Shown: positions 58,650 to 64,000 of the stretch, piece by piece
How positions within the stretch are numbered: the first letter of the stretch is position 1
Layout: every line of letters starts with the position of its first letter
Assembly: GCF_009914755.1 (NCBI RefSeq)
Contig: NC_060927.1
Direction: 5' to 3' (one strand)
From: the human T2T-CHM13v2.0 reference genome, Homo sapiens
Length of the DNA: 64,000 nucleotides
Made by a program: the position numbers and the translations under genes
The notes under the pieces: model-generated
What the model was told of the DNA's origin: nothing
Seen by the model: only the letters and a program-made list of their open reading frames with translations
Databases searched by the model: none

Positions 58650-58777
58650 AGCCAGGTGCAGTAGCATGTGCCTGTAGTCCCAGATACTCTGGAGGCTGAG
58701 GTAGGAGGATCACTTGAGCCCAGGGGTTCGAGGCCAGCCTAGGCAACATAGTGAGACCCCCATCTCTTAGAAAAAAA
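58650..58777 (+). mobile_element. FLAM/Alu monomer
   Basis: agccaggtgcagtagcatgtgcctgtagtccc...gtgagaccccatctc. Confidence 0.88.
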
Positions 58778-59236
58778 TTGTATTGAAATTAAAAATGTTG
58801 GGATGGGCAATGAATAAACTTTGCTGTTTTCAGTTTTTGAGATAAAGGAAATTGAATATGGGAATATCTCAAAACAAGGGGAGTTTCAAAGGTGTGTGGT
58901 GCCGGAAGAACCATTGTTTGCTGCAGTGAAATAGGCTGAACACGGAGTTTGTGCCCCCAAGTTTGAGACGCTTGCCCAGAGGCTGCACCATTGCCTTGCT
59001 CCAGCTGACAAGGGCTTTGGAACGGGCAAAAGTGAGTCCTGGGCCGCACTGGCTTCTAGGCTCATCCGGCCTTGGCAGGGGGGACTGAAGGAGGGAGTAA
59101 GGGGAGAGGAAAAGAGCTGTTTGGTGGGAAGAGGAAGTCTTAAACACAGTCACGCCCCCAGACACAGGGAGGGAATTAGAGGGTCTCACTTTCAAGAGTC
59201 CTCCCCATTTTCATGAAGTCTGTTTTAACATAAAAT

Positions 59237-59650
59237 CAGAGAATCTTAAGCTAAAAAGAGGCAGTCGAGGGCGCTTGGTCCAATCACTACCTAAGAATGT
59301 TTGAATCTACGTTCAAATCTCTTCTGCCACGTCCTTGACAAAAGGCTCTGTCTTCTGCTCAAGCACCTCTCGGAACAGATCGCTCGCCACCTCCCAAAGG
59401 AGCATAGATGTCGTCGGCAACCCTGGGGAAAGTAAGGTACTTCATCACGCCTTGTGTTCTGCATTTTGTACCTCCGCCTGCCCGTCCCAGCTCAGATGAA
59501 CAGGGCTTCGGAGCACAGAGCAGCTTGCTCTTCCCAGGATGTCCTTCCAGGCCTCTTCTGCCACTTCTCCCTCACTCCAACCCCCAAGGATCCTCAGCTT
59601 TCCTCAGATGTCCCAGTCTTCTGCCTGTCATCACCTGGAAACAACCCAGC
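59237..59650 (-). mobile_element. L3/CR1-like LINE 3' fragment
   Basis: agaatcttaagctaaaaagag...tgctcaagcacctctcggaacagatcgctcgccacctcccaaagg resembles the CR1/L3 tail. Confidence 0.45.
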
Positions 59651-60738
59651 ATGTTATTGTCCCTACTACCGGGTGATGCGGAGAGCCTCACCTGACCCTC
59701 CTGATAGGCCAGGTGTGGATGGAAGACAGCAAGCTGCTCCCTTTACCACAGCCACCATTCCTCTCCTGGGCCCCAGGTGCTCCAGCTGGCTCCTCTCACA
59801 GCCGATTAAGCCTGCATCTGGTTGACCAAGACCACAAGCCTTCCTCGGGTGTGCTGACCTTAACTCCAGGCCCTCTGTCTGGCAGGTTTTGCAGATCCCC
59901 GGAGGGGCTTCAGTCATCTTCTAGCCAGAGAGTGGAGAGAAGGGGCCAGTCAGCAGCTCGGTCTGTCCAAGGCAAGAGTCAACGTTGACGAAGGAACAGA
60001 AAGTAGTGGAGGGCTGCCAGCCCCAACCTGGGGAAACAGAGAGAGGGAGAGCGGTGGGGTGCTGGGAAACGCTGCTCACTGGGAGTCAGGACACCTGGGC
60101 CCCATCTCAGCAAGCCTCCCCACCTCCTGTTTGGAACCACTTTTGAGTCCCTCCCAAGGAGAAGGAATCTAGCTGCTCCTGTGCATGGTTGAACTGCCGT
60201 CACCACCACGGCCGGACAGGGATGAAGATGGGCCTACAGCTGTGTGTGGCCCGTGGTGGGATTTTTTTTCATTTCTCTGGCCCCATGGCTTATCACAGTG
60301 CCTGGGCCATAGCTGTGCTCAGAATCTATCTTTTCGCAAAGCAGTGAGTTAAAGGAATACTGGGACTCGCCAGGGCTCCCATGGCCGACAGATAGCAGAG
60401 CCAGAATCCAGGTCTTGGCGAGTCTCCCTCTTCTCATGGCCTCAAGCCAACTCAAGTCCAAATGGGTCAGTGGCAGGTTAGCTCATCCCTGTGTACGCCC
60501 TGGGCTGCGTACACAGAACCCGCTCAGTGAGTCCACCCTCACTTCTCATTACTGTGAGCCTGAATGTGTCATTTTAGCACGTGCATGGGGAGACCACCAG
60601 GGTGTAAGGAGAATAGGGTGGGCCAAGTGTGGAAACCCAGCAGTTCATTCTGGGAGGGCACTTGACCTGTGTTTAGCATTTGCTTTTCTTTGCCCTCTTT
60701 TACAGTAGGGCGGATCCTTCATAAAATAGAGACATCCT

Positions 60739-61109
<371 letters not shown>

Positions 61110-61559
61110 TCACTCTCCTGTTTACTCAGAGGAACGCTGTAAACCCTGTCTTTGCAGTTGATGGAAGGCATAAGCTTTATCCCATAAGGGTTCACAGCTG
61201 TTGCAGCTCAACCCTCAGCACCCCGCCCCACTTTTGAGGGGCCAGTGGCTTGAATGACAATAGGAAAGTTAATTCTTTAAATATGTATGCCCTTTAGTAA
61301 TTATTATTTTTCCAAATGCCTTTACTGAGGCATTTTGAAAACCACATCTAGACGGTGAGAGGGGGGCGGTGCAGGGGAGCAGGATCACCTTAAATGATGA
61401 CAGAAGAAGATTTTAAAGATCTCTCCAGGTCCCTCCACACAGTCCCACACACAGCCCCAGGACGCTGGCTGCCACTCGCTGGGTGCCGGGCTCCATGGTC
61501 AGGGCTCTGCTTCCTGTCAGACCTTCTCAGTGACTCCATGAACTGTTCTGTTGCTAGAC

Positions 61560-61690
61560 ACACCTTACAGATGAGGAAACTGAGGCTCAGGGCTGTTCAG
61601 TATCATTGCCAGCATCACATGGTCATTAAGCATAGAGCCAATGTTTAAACTCGCTGTTTGACTCCAGAGCCTGTGCCATTCACCACCGCT
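61560..61690 (-). mobile_element. MIR SINE
   Basis: ttacagatgaggaaactgaggctcag. Confidence 0.8.
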
Positions 61691-61756
61691 CTGGAGTTGG
61701 GTCCAGAGCACGGGACGTTTTTTGCATGCCTGCAGTCGTTTAGAAGCTATGAATGG

Positions 61757-61783
61757 TGTGTGTGTGTGTGTGTGTTTGTGTGT
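61757..61783. repeat. Short (TG)n microsatellite
   Basis: Direct read. Confidence 0.85.
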
Positions 61784-61889
61784 TTTAGAAAATGTATGTT
61801 TTTTAGAAAATGTGAAAACTAAGTTTATTTAATCTGTATTTTGAAAAGTATCAAAAATGAGAAACTTTTTTTTTTTAAGAAACGAAAAA

Positions 61890-62204
<315 letters not shown>

Positions 62205-62429
62205 TTATCCTATGCTTTAGTCTACCCTTAAACTCTGTTAATATTTTAGCTTCAAGAGGCATATAACACAGGCGAAACTCAGCAAACTAATGAAAAGCCT
62301 AGAAAATGATTAATAACTCAACTGACTGGTCAAGGGATGCAGGCTCCCAGGAGTTCCTCAGAAACCCAGGCAGGCTGCTTTCTAGCTCTCATGAGCGAGC
62401 CTCTCCCACCTGCCAGGTCTCGCGCTGAG

Positions 62430-62580
62430 TGCTTTAGCAAGTTATTGCATCGAACCTTTACAGTAACTCATTTCTGATGAGAAACTGGAGTCCAGAGAGG
62501 GCAGTTGACTTGCCAAAGCTAAGAAATGAAAGAATTGAGATTTGCACCTGGCCTGTTGGATTCAAGAGCCTGAGTGCTTT
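62430..62580 (-). mobile_element. MIR SINE
   Basis: catttctgatgagaaactggagtccagagagggcagttgacttgcc. Confidence 0.65.
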
Positions 62581-62811
62581 CCGCCAGACACAATTCACTG
62601 CCAGCGTCCACAGTCCCCGGATAATTCAGCTGAGGGCAAAAGCCAGTGAGTATCATGACCCCTGGGAGAGAACGAGACCAGAGGACAGCTTTAGAAAATG
62701 ATCCTCTTGCCCCATGAAGAGAAATGCCCACGAGTGACTCAGGACCAGCCTTCAGGTCAGTCCTGAGCCTCTGAGCAGCAGTGAGCAAGGCCAAATGGGC
62801 AGAGGAGATGA

Positions 62812-63360
<549 letters not shown>

Positions 63361-64000
63361 ACATTATACCAGTTCTTATTAATTTTTAGAAAAATGACAA
63401 GAGGAAAGAAAAGAGAAAGAACACAGAAGTGTCAGCATGGGGAGGACTGCCTCTGTGCCTGCCACCCGAAAGCCTCTGGACTTCCCTAGCCCCTGGCTCT
63501 GCAGGGCTTTGAAAAGATGTCCGCGCATTTGTTAATTCTTAACCCTAACTTAGTGAAGCAATGCCAGCTGTTGGCTTAGTTCGTGTGGGGATTGGGAAGG
63601 GCATCCAGTGACGAGACAAGATCTTCATCCTCCTGGACCTTCCCCCAATCTGGTGAGGGTCATAAGATGTGCACACACGCCACCGCCACCACCTGGGCAT
63701 GGCTGTCCCATCGGGCTTGACCTGGAGAAGGAGCAGGCTGGGGATATTAGAAGCCATGTGGGCGGCGCTTCATGCCGCCCTTGTGAGAAGGAGCCATGAG
63801 GTGGTAAAAGCCCTCGAGTGTTAGTCCCCAAATTCCATTTGGCTCAGTCATGCGCAGTGAACATGTGAATGTCGAGTGTGTCTGACCTTCTGTAAATGTA
63901 GAGCATTTCAAGAAAAATCGCAAAAAAAAGGCCACCAGGAAGCCCCTCAGCTTCTTCACTTCTTGACGTCTACCTTCCACTCTTCCCTGAAGCGGTCAGT

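Overview
Primate (very likely human or great-ape) genomic DNA, intergenic or deep intronic. I recognise no host protein-coding exon, tRNA, rRNA or CRISPR array. The supplied ORFs are short, and the longer ones lie in Alus or low-complexity repeats. About 1-29.8 kb is AT-rich and dominated by nested old retro- and DNA transposons: the 5' half of an L1PB, a Charlie5 hAT fossil, L1M inside L1M, and THE1B, MST, MER41A and MER39/MER34 LTRs. About 30-64 kb is richer in GC, with Alu, MIR, L2, L3, MER50, LTR8, MER21, MLT elements and patches of unique sequence. Repeat subfamilies were called by eye and boundaries are approximate unless a TSD is quoted. The structures not explained by ordinary repeat annotation are: (1) a near-perfect 60-bp-arm L2-derived hairpin at 4392-4519; (2) a 5x36-bp CpG-rich tandem array on the MER50 3' junction; (3) a 1.5-kb (CTCTCCCACA)-type satellite with higher-order structure, bracketed by a 46-bp direct repeat; (4) a 60-nt non-Alu hairpin inside an Alu linker; (5) a unique CpG-retaining element at about 48.9-49.5 kb; (6) a local inverted duplication and a 38-bp templated copy at 51-54 kb. 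I found no convincing evidence of a new multi-gene system; the findings are structural or regulatory candidates.
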